64,000 nucleotides of DNA from an uncultured Actinomycetes bacterium (lineage in GTDB: Bacteria; Actinomycetota; Thermoleophilia; UBA2241), in NCBI GenBank assembly GCA_963725665.1, contig CAVRZA010000006.1, positions 128,001 to 192,000 of the forward strand. Direction: 5' to 3'. This document shows, one piece after another, positions 38,821 to 51,350 of the stretch. Position 1 is the first letter of the stretch, and every line of letters begins with the position of its first letter. Both the position numbers and the translations under genes were made by a program. The notes under the pieces are model-generated. The model made no database searches, was not told the origin of the DNA, and saw only the letters and a program-made list of their open reading frames with translations.

Positions 38821-39183
38821 TCAGGCCTGCCGGTGACCGTCGCCCGACGCAGCGCCGCCTTCGCCCGAAGCCCCGCCTCCAGCGCCGGCCGCCGGTTTCT
38901 CGCGCTCGCGGCTGCTCTTGAACATGCCCAGCATGCGCACCGTCACCACGTAGCCGCCGACCACGTTCATGGCCGCGAGCACGACGGCGAATACACCGAT
39001 TGTCTGCTCCAGGCCTGTCTGCGCGAAGCCGAGCGCGATCATGGCGCCCACGAGCACGATGCCGTGCACGAAGTTGGACCCGGACATGAGCGGGGTGTGC
39101 AGGATGACCGGCACGGCGCTGATGACGACGTAGCCCGTGAAGGCGGCCAGCATGAAGATGTAGAGGGCGTTCCAGCCGCTCAT
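38821..39183 (-). CDS. pntAB: NAD(P) transhydrogenase subunit alpha part 2
   Basis: VPVILHTPLMSGSNFVHG, NVVGGY.VT.RML.MF. Confidence 0.95.
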   Translation of the reverse strand: MSGWNALYIFMLAAFTGYVVISAVPVILHTPLMSGSNFVHGIVLVGAMIALGFAQTGLEQTIGVFAVVLAAMNVVGGYVVTVRMLGMFKSSREREKPAAGAGGGASGEGGAASGDGHRQA

Positions 39184-40379
39184 GCGGCCCCTTCGATCTC
39201 TCCGCCCAGCTCCTCGCTTGGGGTGAACGTCTCCGCGCGAGAGAGCTCGGCCCACTGGATCGACTCGAGCGTCGGCGTGGCGCACACGCGCCCCTCCCGC
39301 GTGAGCACGCTCTCGGCGACGATCTCGTCATCCCAATCGAAGCGCAGCTCGCCGTCCTTGACGATCAGAGTGAGGAAGTTGAGCAGGTTGCGCGCATAGG
39401 TCTCGCTGGCGTGCACGGGTAGCATCGCGGGCACGTTGAGGGGCCCGTAGATCGTGACGTGGCCGTGCACCTTCACCTCTCCCGCGCGCGTGAGCTCGCA
39501 ATTGCCGCCGCCCTCCGCGGCGAGGTCGACGATCACCGAGCCCGGCTTCATGGCTTCGACCATCGCCGCCGTGACCAATAGCGGCGAGGGCTTGCCCGGG
39601 ATGGCCGCCGTCGTGATGACCGCGTCGGACGCCGCCACCCGTTCGGCGATCAGCGCGCGCTCACGATCCTTCTCCTCAGGCGTCAGCTCGCGCGCGTAGC
39701 CGCCTGTGGCCTCCGCCTCGAGCCCGAGGGAGAGGAACTTCGCGCCCAGAGACTCGACCTGCTCGCGCGTCACGGGCCGCACGTCGTAGGCCTCGACCAC
39801 GGCGCCCAGCCGCCGCGAGGTGGCGATGGCCTGCAGGCCTGCCACTCCCGCGCCGAGTATCAGCACCTTCACCGGCCGGATGGTCCCGGCGGGCGTGGTC
39901 AGCATCGGGAAGAAGCGTCCCATGCCGCAGGCGGCCATGAGCGCCGCCTTGTAGCCGGCCACGGAGGCCTGTGAGGTGAGGGCGTCCATCGACTGCGCGC
40001 GCGTGATCCTGGGGATGAGCTCGACGGCGAAGGCGGTCACGCCGCTGTCGCGCAGAGCCGCGACGCGCTCGGGGTAGCGATGCGGCGCCATGAAGCCCAG
40101 CACCGCCTGCCCGTGGCGCAGCCGGGCGATCTCGTCGAGGTCGGGTGGCTGGACCTTGAGCACGACGTCCGACCGCTCGTAGAGCTCGGCGGCCGTGGGC
40201 ACGAGGCGGGCGCCGGCGCCGACGTAGTCGTCGTCGAGGAAGTAGCTGCCGACGCCGGCGCCCGCCTCGACCAGCAGCTCGACGCCGAGAGCGAGAAGCT
40301 TGGGCGCCACTGTGGGCACCATCGCCACGCGCCGTTCGGCGGGGGTGATCTCTTTGGGAACGCCGACGCGAAGCGCCAT
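39180..40379 (-). CDS. pntAA: NAD(P) transhydrogenase subunit alpha part 1
   Basis: GVPKE..ERRVA, RITRAQSMDAL, GAGVAGLQAI, DLAAEGGGNC. Confidence 0.96.
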   Translation of the reverse strand: MALRVGVPKEITPAERRVAMVPTVAPKLLALGVELLVEAGAGVGSYFLDDDYVGAGARLVPTAAELYERSDVVLKVQPPDLDEIARLRHGQAVLGFMAPHRYPERVAALRDSGVTAFAVELIPRITRAQSMDALTSQASVAGYKAALMAACGMGRFFPMLTTPAGTIRPVKVLILGAGVAGLQAIATSRRLGAVVEAYDVRPVTREQVESLGAKFLSLGLEAEATGGYARELTPEEKDRERALIAERVAASDAVITTAAIPGKPSPLLVTAAMVEAMKPGSVIVDLAAEGGGNCELTRAGEVKVHGHVTIYGPLNVPAMLPVHASETYARNLLNFLTLIVKDGELRFDWDDEIVAESVLTREGRVCATPTLESIQWAELSRAETFTPSEELGGEIEGAA

Positions 40380-40719
40380 CGCCTCTGTCCGCCTCCTTCG
40401 CGCACGCCCGCCCCCGCCGCGGCAGCCTCGCTGTCGTCCGGCCGAGCTGCATCGAGCCTCGCAATGGGACCTCAGCGACGGCGGCGGCGCCAAGCGCTTC
40501 GCCACAAGACGCGAGCGGGCGCGGGCCTACGAACTTGATGAAACCTCGTTCCTAGTCATCTCCAGCCCGCGCCCGCCCCAAACGCGCGGCACGGGTCCAG
40601 GACGCCCGGGCCAGAGGGGTGATTCTCAGCGGTGCACCTTGTTCGTTGTGCATGACGATTGTACACTACGAAACGTCAACTCTGATTGTATGTACATCGC
40701 GAAAGGAGGCTGCTACCTT

Positions 40720-41004
40720 TTGGACGACGACCGACGCGCGAGCAACCGCCGCACGACAGGCAGGGAGTCGACGAGAGTGCCCGTCCAGTTCAGGCTGCCC
40801 GATGACATCCGCGAGTTCCTCCGCGAGGAGGCTACAGAGCGCCACACGACGCAGACCGACGTCGTCATCGAGGCGCTGGGGCTGCTCCGCAAGCAGCGGC
40901 TCGATGCGCTCATGGCCGAGGGCTACCGCGAGATGGCCGAGACCGACCTCGCTCTGGCCGAGGAGTTCTGGCCCGTCGACCAGGAGACATGGCCAGAATG
41001 GTAG
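40720..41004 (+). CDS. Antitoxin, RHH-type (NdoAI/MazE-like)
   Basis: AAAGGAGG RBS then TTG. RHH-like VQFRLPDD...; acidic C-terminus MAEGYREMAETDLALAEE; overlaps the toxin start. Confidence 0.8.
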   Translation: MDDDRRASNRRTTGRESTRVPVQFRLPDDIREFLREEATERHTTQTDVVIEALGLLRKQRLDALMAEGYREMAETDLALAEEFWPVDQETWPEW

Positions 41005-41342
41005 AGCGGCCCCGCCGTGGCGAGATCTACTGGGTGCGCCTCGATCCGGTCGTGGGTAGCGAACAGGGCGGGACACGACCAGCGCTCGTCGTGCAGAACG
41101 ACGTCGGCAACGAGCGAGCGCCGACCACAATCGTCGCACCGATCACGTCACGCCTTCCCGCCAGGGAGTATCCCTTCCAGGCCCGGCTGCCCGAGCACTT
41201 GCTGGGGAAGCCCTCCGTGGTCTCCTGCGCACAGATCCGCACCGTCGCCAAGGCCAGGCTCTCCCCCGAGCCGATCGCGGCGCTGCCCCCCAGCCTCATG
41301 CGCCAGGTCGATCGGGCGCTCATGGTCGCCCTCGGCCTCTAG
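40998..41342 (+). CDS. mazF: Type II toxin, PemK/MazF endoribonuclease
   Basis: RRGEIYWVRLDPVVGSEQGGTRPALVVQND...VAPITS...QIRTV.K.RL. Confidence 0.95.
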   Translation: MVERPRRGEIYWVRLDPVVGSEQGGTRPALVVQNDVGNERAPTTIVAPITSRLPAREYPFQARLPEHLLGKPSVVSCAQIRTVAKARLSPEPIAALPPSLMRQVDRALMVALGL

Positions 41343-41462
41343 AGCCAGCGCTTCTCGTCCTTGGTCTGGGCGACGCCCCAGAACAGGACGCCGCGCCCGG
41401 CGAGGAACGCCCCCGCGCCGATCGGTCCCGTCCCAGAAGAGCGCGATCCACAGACTGTCCAT
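41339..41462 (-). CDS. Small (about 40 aa) membrane protein, one apparent frameshift
   Basis: GGAGGGG RBS. MDSLWIALFW/TGPIGAGAFLAGRGVLFWGVAQTKDEKRWL* after removing one G from TGGG. Confidence 0.5.
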
Positions 41463-41640
41463 GGGTCGTCCCCTCCCGTTGAACCGCACAGACAAGCCTG
41501 AGTTCCGGGTGACTTGCAAGGCTCTGGGGCAAAGCCTGCGCGCCTCTACGTAGGACGTCACCGTCAGCGAAAGCGAGCGGCAGCTCGAGTGGGCGCCGAG
41601 GCCGGGCTGAGTCAGGCGACACGGTGCGGGCCGAGAGAGC

Positions 41641-41716
41641 TGGCTCCTCGGGCAGGACTCGAACCTGCAACCCTCCGGTTAACAGCCGGATGCTCTACCA
41701 ATTGAGCTACCGAGGA
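41641..41716 (-). tRNA. tRNA-Asn (GTT)
   Basis: TCCTCGG acceptor stem pairing with CCGAGGA, D-arm TAGCTCAATTGGTAGAGC, anticodon loop CTGTTAA, GGTTCGAGTCC, encoded CCA; 76 nt. Confidence 0.98.
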
Positions 41717-41733
41717 GCGCTCGAGGCCGGTCA

Positions 41734-41762
41734 ATTATAGGGGCCGCCCCAGGGGGCGGCAA
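41734..41762 (-). promoter_or_regulatory. Sigma70 promoter of tRNA-Asn
   Basis: TTGCCG-N17-TATAAT immediately upstream of the tRNA. Confidence 0.75.
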
Positions 41763-41782
41763 ACGAGGCCGCAGATCGCGAC

Positions 41783-41807
41783 GAGCCGCCGGCGGAGCCG
41801 GCGGCTC
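41783..41807 (-). terminator. Stem-loop after the B12 radical SAM gene
   Basis: GAGCCGCCGGC-GGA-GCCGGCGGCTC. Confidence 0.6.
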
Positions 41808-41815
41808 ACTCTCTC

Positions 41816-43255
41816 CTAGCGCTCCGGATGGTAGAAGCCATGCGGCACGTCGGCCGCGGCCGAGCCTACCGACTCGTGGCTGCGCGCGTAGCGTCGCGCC
41901 TCGGCCGTGAGCTTGGCCTCGAGCTCGGCGGCGACCTCTTCGAAGCCCGCCCGCCAGTAGCCGTCGTCGCCCGGCTCGAGATCACTCAGCGATGCGCTGG
42001 GCCGCACCGCCGTCGCCACCGTGAAGCTCGACGTAGCCTCCTTCCACCACTCCGGGTGGGCGATGAAGGTGCCGAAGCGGCGCTCGGCGGCGTCGATCTC
42101 GACGCCGGGAGCGCCGCCGGGAAAGTACGCCCAGGGCTCGCCGCGGAGGACCGTCGAGGCGTTGGGCAGCGAAGCCGACAGCTCGCCCAAGACGCCGATC
42201 GTCTCGGCCGCGGTCTCGCGCGTTTCGCCGGGCTGGCCGAACACCAGCCGCATCTCGCCGGGGATCCCCTTGGCGTTCGCGTAGCGCAGCACGTCGAGGG
42301 TGTGCGCCACGTGCTCCGAGGGTCGCGGGTCGATGCCCAGCGCTTCGACGAGCGGGCGCGCCAGCGTCTCGACGTCGAAGCGCACGCGCAGCATGCCGGC
42401 GTAGAGCCGGTCGAGATCGTCTCGCGTCACGTGGTCGGGGCGCGCGGTGACGACTAGCGGCACCGCGCGCCGATACTCCTTGGCGAGCTCCTCGAGCACT
42501 GAAGCCCGCCAGAGATTGTCGTATCCGAAGGTGGTGTCAACGACGTCGATCTCCCGCGGCTTGAGCTCAGCGAGCTGCGCGAGCAGGCGCAGCGCCACCT
42601 CGGGCGGGTAGGAGCGCCACCCGGCCTGGCCCGGCTGCGTCACGCACGAGGCGCAGTGGAAGGGACAGCCCCGGCTCAGGCTCACCGGGAGTGCGGGCAG
42701 ACCCTCCTCGATGTAGGGATACAAGGCGTAGTCGGGGGCCGTGTCCTCAGCCAGGGGAAACGGCGCGCACTCCGAAAAGCGGCAGCTCGTGGTGTCGCGA
42801 TCGCCCTCGCCCACGGCCCACGAGAGAGCCAGGAGCCCGTCCTCGGCCTCTCCGCCGAGCACCCAGTTGAACGGCGTCCCATCGAACGTGAACTCCTCAG
42901 GGCGAGACGAGGGGTGATAGCCGCCGACGGCGAGGACGGCGTCGGGGTGCAGCCTGCGTGCGAGCTCAGCCACGGCCAGCGTCGCGGAGTATTGCAGGCT
43001 CGACCAGCAGGAGACGGCGATGATGTCAGCGCTGCGCTCGCCCAGGAGCGCCTCGGCCTTCTCGAGGAAGGAGGTCTGTTCGCCTTCCTTGCAGGTTCCC
43101 AGCTCGACCCCGAGGTCGAGCACCTCGGTCTCCACGCCGTTCTTGCGCAGCCACGTGTGGATCGAGACCAGCTCGGGCTTGACGCGCGGGCGCACCGCCC
43201 AGGCGCCGCCCCAGAGCGAGGCCGGGTACACGAGCAGAACGCTTGCCGTCTTCAT
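41816..43255 (-). CDS. Cobalamin-binding radical SAM protein
   Basis: B12-binding-like N domain (IAVSC, VGGYHPS, GEAE); SRGCPFHCASC; GQPGETRE. Confidence 0.85.
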   Translation of the reverse strand: MKTASVLLVYPASLWGGAWAVRPRVKPELVSIHTWLRKNGVETEVLDLGVELGTCKEGEQTSFLEKAEALLGERSADIIAVSCWSSLQYSATLAVAELARRLHPDAVLAVGGYHPSSRPEEFTFDGTPFNWVLGGEAEDGLLALSWAVGEGDRDTTSCRFSECAPFPLAEDTAPDYALYPYIEEGLPALPVSLSRGCPFHCASCVTQPGQAGWRSYPPEVALRLLAQLAELKPREIDVVDTTFGYDNLWRASVLEELAKEYRRAVPLVVTARPDHVTRDDLDRLYAGMLRVRFDVETLARPLVEALGIDPRPSEHVAHTLDVLRYANAKGIPGEMRLVFGQPGETRETAAETIGVLGELSASLPNASTVLRGEPWAYFPGGAPGVEIDAAERRFGTFIAHPEWWKEATSSFTVATAVRPSASLSDLEPGDDGYWRAGFEEVAAELEAKLTAEARRYARSHESVGSAAADVPHGFYHPER

Positions 43256-43356
43256 GCCTTCGTCACCTCTCAAAGGGGAGCCAGCCGGAGTCCCAGGACC
43301 CCACCTGCGCGGATCCTGCCGGGGCCGGTCGGCCACGACCCGGCAGACCTATTCTG

Positions 43357-43989
43357 TCACGGCGCCCACGGCGGCGGCCCAGCTCCGCGAAGGTTGTCTC
43401 CGTGACCGAGGAGCTCGAGGGCGGTCGGGTCGGTGGCGAGGAGCGAGAAGACGACGTTGTCGCCGCGCCTGCCCTTGATCAGCGTGTTGGCGCGCAGGAT
43501 GCCCTCCTCGCGAAAACCGCAGGCCCGTGCGACGGCGAGCGACGCCTCGTTCTCGACGTCGGGCACGATCTCGAGCCGGAACAGCCCCAGCTCGGCGAAG
43601 GCCCAGCGGGCGAGAAGGCGCACGGCTCGGGTGGCCACTCCGGTGCGGCGCGCCGAGGCGGCGACCCAGTAGCCGATCTCGGCGCGCTCGTCCTCCCACT
43701 CGATCGAGACCAGGCCGATTGCACCCACCAGTTCGCCGGTGCGCGCCTCGACGACCGCCAAGCCCGCCTGCTCGCCCGCCTGCCACGCAACCTCTTGGCG
43801 CGCCACGTGCTCGCGCGCGTCTTGCCCGGCGTAGGGAGTGGGAACGCGCGTCCAGCGGGGTATCTCGGGGTCCTGCACGCAAGCGCTGATGGCCGGCACG
43901 TCGGCCTCGGTCAAGCGCCGCAGCGTCACGACGCCGTCGCTCAACGGCCGGAAGTGCAGCGGCAGGCGGTGCCCGGCGGCGTGCGACAT
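43357..43989 (-). CDS. GNAT N-acetyltransferase, RimJ/RimL-like
   Basis: AEIGYWV...RRTGVAT, NEASLAVA..CGFREEG.LR. Confidence 0.9.
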   Translation of the reverse strand: MSHAAGHRLPLHFRPLSDGVVTLRRLTEADVPAISACVQDPEIPRWTRVPTPYAGQDAREHVARQEVAWQAGEQAGLAVVEARTGELVGAIGLVSIEWEDERAEIGYWVAASARRTGVATRAVRLLARWAFAELGLFRLEIVPDVENEASLAVARACGFREEGILRANTLIKGRRGDNVVFSLLATDPTALELLGHGDNLRGAGPPPWAP

Positions 43990-43994
43990 GGAGA

Positions 43995-44348
43995 CTAGGC
44001 CAGCACGTGCAGCGCCGCCGTCACGACGGCGAGCGTGACGGCGGCGAAGAGCGTCGCCTCTCCGAGTGCGCCCGCGGCGCGCGAGATCGACGCCTTCCTG
44101 CGGTCGGCGTCGATCTCGCGCGCCCCGAACCCCTCGGTGAACAGGCCGAACTGAATCACACCGAGGATGCCGATCACGGCGCCGCCAGCGGCGAAGCCGA
44201 GCGCCACGGCGCAGAGCAGAAGTAGCGCCCACCAGGGCAGCGACCCGCTCACCAGCAAGATTATGACGAGGACGACGAGGAAGGCCGCCGCGAGGGCCAA
44301 GGCGAGGCCGACTCTAGGATGGTTGGCTTCTCGTTCGCGCGACGACAC
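43995..44348 (-). CDS. Hypothetical membrane protein
   Basis: Three hydrophobic segments; fills the gap in the minus-strand gene run. Confidence 0.6.
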   Translation of the reverse strand: MSSREREANHPRVGLALALAAAFLVVLVIILLVSGSLPWWALLLLCAVALGFAAGGAVIGILGVIQFGLFTEGFGAREIDADRRKASISRAAGALGEATLFAAVTLAVVTAALHVLA

Positions 44349-44396
44349 GGCGCTACATCCTACCCTTGATGGACGGCTGGCACGACGAGCGTGCCG

Positions 44397-45524
44397 CTAG
44401 TCGAGGAAGTCGCGTAAGCGCTGCGAGTCGCGGTAGCTCTTGAGCTTGGCGAGGGTCTTGGCCTCGATCTGCCGTATACGCTCGCGGGTGACGCCGAACT
44501 TCTGCCCGACCTCCTCGAGGGTGCGCGGGTGCTCGCCCTTGAGCCCGAAGCGCAGCTCGATGACCTTGCGTTCACGGTGCGTCAGCGTGCCCAGCACGTT
44601 GTTGAGCTCTTCCTTCTGCATGATCTCGCTGACGGCCTCGACCGGCATGGTCGCGTCCTCGTCCTCGATGAAGTCACCGAGCTGCGAGTCCTCTTCCTCG
44701 CCGATCGGCGTCTCGAGGCTCACCGGCTCCTGGCTGATCTTGAGGATCTCGCGCACCTTCGCCGGCGTCGTGCCCATCTCGGTGGCGATCTCTTCGGGCG
44801 TTGGCTCGCGACCCATGTCCTGCAGGAGCTGGCGCTGCACGCGGATCAGCTTGTTGATCGTCTCGACCATGTGCACCGGTATGCGGATGGTGCGCGCCTG
44901 GTCGGCGATGGCGCGGGTGATCGCCTGCCTGATCCACCAGGTGGCGTAGGTCGAGAACTTGTAGCCCTTGCGGTAGTCGAACTTCTCGACCGCGCGGATG
45001 AGGCCCAGGTTGCCCTCCTGGATGAGGTCGAGGAAGAGCATGCCGCGGCCCACGTAACGCTTGGCGATGGAGACGACGAGGCGCAGGTTCGCCTCGATCA
45101 GCTTGCGCTTGGCCTCCATGTCGCGGCGCTCGATGCGCTTCGCCAGCGAGACCTCTTCTTCGGCCGTGAGCAGCGGCACCTTGCCGATCTCCTTGAGGTA
45201 CATGCGCACCGGGTCGTTGGTCGGCGTCTTCACCGAGAGGTCGAGCTTGGGGATGACCTCCTCTTCGGCCTTGGCCTCCTGGCCGTCCTGCCCCGGCGTC
45301 TCGTCGCCCTCGAGGATGTCGATCCCGAGGTCGTTGAAGAGGATGAAGATGTTATCGATCTGGTCGGTCGTCAGATCGACGTCTTGCAGCGTGTCGTGCA
45401 CGTGGTCGGCGTTCAGGTAGCCCTGTTCGCGCCCCTCGGCCACGAGGTCTCTCACCTCTTCGATGGCCAGCTCCGGTGCGTCGGTCGGCTGGCGCTCTTC
45501 TGACATGTCACTCACTGCGCCCAT
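44397..45524 (-). CDS. rpoD: RNA polymerase primary sigma factor
   Basis: [64 protein letters not shown]. Confidence 0.98.
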   Translation of the reverse strand: MGAVSDMSEERQPTDAPELAIEEVRDLVAEGREQGYLNADHVHDTLQDVDLTTDQIDNIFILFNDLGIDILEGDETPGQDGQEAKAEEEVIPKLDLSVKTPTNDPVRMYLKEIGKVPLLTAEEEVSLAKRIERRDMEAKRKLIEANLRLVVSIAKRYVGRGMLFLDLIQEGNLGLIRAVEKFDYRKGYKFSTYATWWIRQAITRAIADQARTIRIPVHMVETINKLIRVQRQLLQDMGREPTPEEIATEMGTTPAKVREILKISQEPVSLETPIGEEEDSQLGDFIEDEDATMPVEAVSEIMQKEELNNVLGTLTHRERKVIELRFGLKGEHPRTLEEVGQKFGVTRERIRQIEAKTLAKLKSYRDSQRLRDFLD

Positions 45525-47339
45525 CTACTCCTCTACAGGGATGAGTCGAATCGCCTCGCGAACCTCGCGTCGCATGCTCTCGAGCTCTACGAGCTTCGCC
45601 TCCTCCACCTCAGTCTCGTCAGCCGATAGCGATATCTTGAGCCTCGCTATCAGCCGTCCGAGGTGCGCCTCTTGGATGCGCAGCGCGAGCTCCTCGAGGA
45701 CGCGCGCGCTGAACACCTCTTGCCCGGACCGCAGCACGACTTCGGGCAGCAGCGACTCGCGGGCTTCCTCCTCTTCCCTCTCGGGCTCCGGTATCTTCTT
45801 CCCGAGGGCAGACGGGTTCAACCGTGAAACCACCTGCTCGTACGCCTGTCTTGTGAGGCGCGACGAGAAGAAGGAGGCGTCGGTCGCCGCCAGGTAGATC
45901 CGACCCTGCTCAGGCAGTGCGAGGCAGCCCGCCAGGAAACGGATCTCGAGCTCGTGCGTGCCCGTCAAGACGCGGCCTTCACGCGTCGCGCCCGTCGCCG
46001 TCGCCCGCGCTGCCCGGCCGGCCAGCCCCCGCTCGCGCGCCGCGGCCTCGGGCGCGCTCAGCAGGTAGCGGATGTTCTCCTCAGAGAGCCGCAGCCTGTC
46101 GGCGACGTAGCGCACCTCCTCGTCCAGCTCCAGCGGGCTCGCCGCCTCAGCGAGGACGCCCTTCAAGGAGGTGAACGCTGCGATGCGTCCCTCGGGCGTC
46201 GCCAGGTCGCGAGAGGCGAGGACGGTGCGAATTTTGAACTTTAACAACGTCTCCGCCTCGGCCGCAAGGGCTTTGAAAGCGCCCCCATCGCCCCCTGAGA
46301 GGATGAAGTCGGCGGGGTCGAGCCCGTCGGGCACGCGCACGACGCGCAGCGTGATGCCCAGGGAACGGCCGACGCTGAGAGCGCGGCTCATGGCGCCCTG
46401 GCCGGCCGCGTCGGCGTCGAAGCACAGGTAGAGGTTGCGGGTGAGCCTCACCATGCGCTTGAGCTGCTCCTCGGTGAGAGCGGTGCCCATCGAGGCGACC
46501 ACGTTGCGGATGCCGGCCTGCGCCAGCGCTAGCACGTCGGTGTAGCCCTCGACCACGAAGAGCGCATCCTCTCGCGACGCCGCCTGCTTAGCCTTGTCGA
46601 GCCCGAAGAGCGCCTCGCTCTTGTGGTAGAGCGGCGTCTCGGGCGAGTTCAGGTACTTGGGCTTCTCGTCACCCAGCGTGCGCGCCCCGAAGCCGAGCAC
46701 GCGCCCGCGCTCGTCGGTGAGGGGGAACATGATTCGACCGCGGAAGCGGTCGTAGCCCGTGCCGCGCTTGCCCGGCACGGTGAGACCGGCGTCGAGGAGC
46801 TCGCGCTCGCTGAACCCCTTCGCGAGGGCCGCGTCGCGCAGCTTCGACCAGGTGGCGAAGGAGAAGCCGAGCCGGTACTCCTTCGCCGCCTCCTCCGCGA
46901 GCCCGCGCTGTGCGAGGTAGGCGCGCGCGGCCTCGGCCGCGCGTGCCTCCCAGAGCACGCGCTCGTAGTAGGCGCAGGCCTGCTCGAGCAGATTGCGCAA
47001 GCGCTCGCGTCGGCGGCGGTCGGCGTCGGTTGCGCCGCTCTCCTCGTAGCGCAGACTGATGCCGTAGCGGTCGGCGAGGGTCTCGACGGCTTCGGCGAAG
47101 GTCAGGCTCTCGACCTTCTGCACGAAGCCGAGCAGATCGCCGCCCTCGCCGCAGCCGAAGCAGTAGTAGAGCTTCTCCACGGGGTCGACCGAGAACGAGG
47201 GCGTCTTCTCCTGGTGGAAGGGGCACAGGCCGGTGTAGTTGGCGCCGGCCTTCTTGAGCTGCGTGTGCAGACCCACGACCTCGAGCATGTCGGCGGTCTG
47301 GACCACCTCCTCAACGCTTGCCTTCTCGATGCGCGCCAT
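45525..47339 (-). CDS. dnaG: DNA primase
   Basis: CPFH..KTPSF..CFGC zinc finger, KYLNSPET, EGYTD, FDADAAG. Confidence 0.98.
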   Translation of the reverse strand: MARIEKASVEEVVQTADMLEVVGLHTQLKKAGANYTGLCPFHQEKTPSFSVDPVEKLYYCFGCGEGGDLLGFVQKVESLTFAEAVETLADRYGISLRYEESGATDADRRRRERLRNLLEQACAYYERVLWEARAAEAARAYLAQRGLAEEAAKEYRLGFSFATWSKLRDAALAKGFSERELLDAGLTVPGKRGTGYDRFRGRIMFPLTDERGRVLGFGARTLGDEKPKYLNSPETPLYHKSEALFGLDKAKQAASREDALFVVEGYTDVLALAQAGIRNVVASMGTALTEEQLKRMVRLTRNLYLCFDADAAGQGAMSRALSVGRSLGITLRVVRVPDGLDPADFILSGGDGGAFKALAAEAETLLKFKIRTVLASRDLATPEGRIAAFTSLKGVLAEAASPLELDEEVRYVADRLRLSEENIRYLLSAPEAAARERGLAGRAARATATGATREGRVLTGTHELEIRFLAGCLALPEQGRIYLAATDASFFSSRLTRQAYEQVVSRLNPSALGKKIPEPEREEEEARESLLPEVVLRSGQEVFSARVLEELALRIQEAHLGRLIARLKISLSADETEVEEAKLVELESMRREVREAIRLIPVEE

Positions 47340-47347
47340 CCTCCCCG

Positions 47348-47848
47348 TCACCCGGCCTTTGGACGCCGCCGGCCTTCGCCCGCTTCGGAGTCGCGGTCGG
47401 CCGCCGGGGGCTCAGTGCCAGGAGTCTCGTCCGGCTGATCCGACGCGGCGTCTTTGGCGGCGGCTCGTGGCCGGCGCGCGGCGCGCGAGCGTTCACGCTC
47501 GCGCGCCGCGCGCTGCGCCGCGAGCTGAGCGGACTCCTCCGCGGCCATGGCGTTCGCGGTGGCGCGACGACGCAGCTCCTCGCGCCGCCGCGGCCGCTTG
47601 GGCGCGCGATCCATCGCCCGGTAGTGCAGGCCCAGGCGATCGTAGACGAAGACGAGGCCGACGACCGTCGCCGGCAGCCACACGACGTAGACGAGCACGA
47701 GAATGACGTAGATGCCGGCGCCTTTGCCCAGCATGCTGGCGAGGAAGTCGGTCTGGTACCAGCCCAGCGCGACGGTGAGGATGATCGGCAGCGCCGCGAT
47801 CACCACCGCCACGGCAGTCACCACGATGAGCAAACGACGGCGGCCCAT
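47348..47848 (-). CDS. Hypothetical membrane protein with charged C-terminal tail
   Basis: Two TM segments; TGATG coupling to the upstream GNAT. Confidence 0.65.
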   Translation of the reverse strand: MGRRRLLIVVTAVAVVIAALPIILTVALGWYQTDFLASMLGKGAGIYVILVLVYVVWLPATVVGLVFVYDRLGLHYRAMDRAPKRPRRREELRRRATANAMAAEESAQLAAQRAARERERSRAARRPRAAAKDAASDQPDETPGTEPPAADRDSEAGEGRRRPKAG

Positions 47849-48435
47849 CAGCGACCCTCAGTCGGGGGCGATGTCCAGACGAAGCTCTCGTCGAGCAGGC
47901 GCCCCATGAGCACCTCGTCGAGCCGCCTGCCGGCGCGCACGAACTGGTCTCGCCGAAGCCCCTCGCGCACGAAGCCCTTGGCCTCGTAGAAGCGGATCGC
48001 CGCGGCGTTGTGAGGAAAGACGCTCAGGGTGATCTTGCGGCAACCGTGGCGGTGCGCCCAGTCGGCGGCGATCTCGAAGAGTGAGCCGCCCACGCCGAGT
48101 GCGCGCCACGACCGGCCGACCGACATGCCTATCGTGGAGACGTGCGCGGAGCAGGGGTGAGGATCGGGACGCAGACCGAGGTTGCCGACGAGCCTCTGGC
48201 CAACCTCGGCCACGAGCAGCAGCGAGTGCGGATCGGCGGCGGCGTCGGTGATGCGACGCCGCCAGGCGCCCACCCCGAACTGCCCGGGCAGCACCAGGAG
48301 CGCCACATCGGGCTCCGCCGCCACGGCGTCGATGAGCCGGCGCAGCCGGCCGGCGTCGGCGGGCACGGCGGAGCGCACGACGGCCTCGCGGCCGTCGCGC
48401 AGCGTGACGTGCCGGGCTCGCCGCAGCACCGCCAC
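47848..48435 (-). CDS. GNAT N-acetyltransferase
   Basis: IGMSV..SWRALGVG, L.VF.HNAAAIRFYEAKGF.REG. Confidence 0.88.
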   Translation of the reverse strand: MAVLRRARHVTLRDGREAVVRSAVPADAGRLRRLIDAVAAEPDVALLVLPGQFGVGAWRRRITDAAADPHSLLLVAEVGQRLVGNLGLRPDPHPCSAHVSTIGMSVGRSWRALGVGGSLFEIAADWAHRHGCRKITLSVFPHNAAAIRFYEAKGFVREGLRRDQFVRAGRRLDEVLMGRLLDESFVWTSPPTEGR

Positions 48436-48535
48436 GCGCCTGCACCTCCTCGACGTCGCTTGCCCTACGGACCTCGGCCCGCGGGGATGAGGCGCCGGTC
48501 CGGCGACTCGTCCCCGCGGCCCCTTCTTCGGCCGG

Positions 48536-51253
<2,718 letters not shown>

Positions 51254-51350
51254 GCCATCCTCCTGGTCTAGAGCGACCCCGGACGGGATCGCGCCAGCTT
51301 GTGTCGCATCTGTCTGTCTCGGCCCGCGGTGCTCTAAGGTCGCCAGCGTC

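Noticed and set aside
40380-41716. Prophage or ICE integrated at tRNA-Asn
   Set aside because: No integrase, phage or conjugation genes, and I found no duplicate of the tRNA 3' end by eye.
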